Shown: piece by piece, positions 63,242 through 63,677 of the stretch
How positions within the stretch are numbered: position 1 is the stretch's first letter
Layout of the letters: each line of letters opens with the position of its first letter
NCBI RefSeq assembly: GCF_004010195.1
Contig: NC_057719.1
Coordinates: 94,136,659-94,200,335, forward strand
Direction of reading: 5' to 3'
Origin: Chiloscyllium plagiosum
Taxonomy: Eukaryota
Length of the DNA stretch: 63,677 nucleotides
Made by a program: the position numbers and the translations under genes
The notes under the pieces: generated by a model
Told to the model about the DNA's origin: nothing
The model's input: the letters and a program-made list of their open reading frames with translations, nothing else
The model's database searches: none

Positions 63242-63677
63242 CGATATTTGAAGTTTAATCGGAAGCAAGAGGCTCCGGGTATTTGGAGTTTATGGGGAGC
63301 AAGAAGGTCCTGGTATTTGAAGTTATCGGGAGCAAGAGCCTTCTGGTACTTGTGTTTATAGGGAGAAAAAGGCTAGCCGGTATTTGAATTAGGGAGCAAG
63401 AGGATTCCGGTATTTGAAGTGTATTGGGATCAAGATGCTCCTGGTATTTGAAATTTCTAGGGAACAGGAGGCCGCCGGTAGTTGAAGTTTACAGAGAGCA
63501 AGAGGCTTCTGGTATTTGAAGTTTGCGTGAAGCAAGATTCGCGTGGTCTTTGAAGTTATAGTTATGATGAGGGTCCTGGTATTTGAAGTTTAAATGGAGC
63601 AAGAGGTTCCCGGTATTTAACGTTATAGGGAGCAAGAGGCTCCTGGTATTTGTACATTATAGAAGGCAAGAGGCTTC
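63242..63677. repeat. 33-34-bp satellite resumes; near-copy of 60593-61067
   Basis: Shares variant units (GCTAGCCGG, GCGTGAAGCAAGATTCGCGTGG, GGTATTTAACG) in the same order. Confidence 0.92.

Noticed and set aside
58498..63677. CRISPR-like array (short palindromic repeats of 34-44 bp)
   Set aside because: Units are head-to-tail with no unique spacers, there are no cas genes, and the context is vertebrate; this is satellite DNA

Overview
Eukaryotic, repeat-saturated DNA with five N-gaps (1983-2261, 7178-7677, 19813-20183, 22890-23029, 57555-57724). The repeat families (HE1-type SINEs, CR1 LINEs with (TTCTATG)n tails) point to a cartilaginous fish, probably a shark; this is inference from recalled consensus sequences, not a search. 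I find no intact protein-coding gene. The window is a nest of decayed elements: many CR1/L2-group LINE pieces; a near full-length L1-clade LINE inserted in a CR1; a Gmr1-type Gypsy LTR retrotransposon (IN upstream of RT) and related LTRs; two defective class I endogenous retroviruses; Harbinger transposase relics; and Penelope-like elements (PLEs) of two types whose termini carry minimal hammerhead ribozyme motifs. It ends in a 44-bp minisatellite and a 33-34-bp satellite with higher-order structure. The only likely host-gene piece is a minus-strand first exon of a GPR139-like GPCR (about 53750-53908). The most interesting observations are the hammerhead-bearing PLE insertions (a 222-bp palindromic mini-element with a 15-bp TSD, and a 78-bp insert with a 65-bp duplication of an ERV primer-binding site), the orphan GPCR exon, and an old inverted segmental duplication (85-1440 vs 30568-33490). 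I found no evidence for a wholly new multi-gene system. Boundaries of degraded repeats are approximate and were read by eye.
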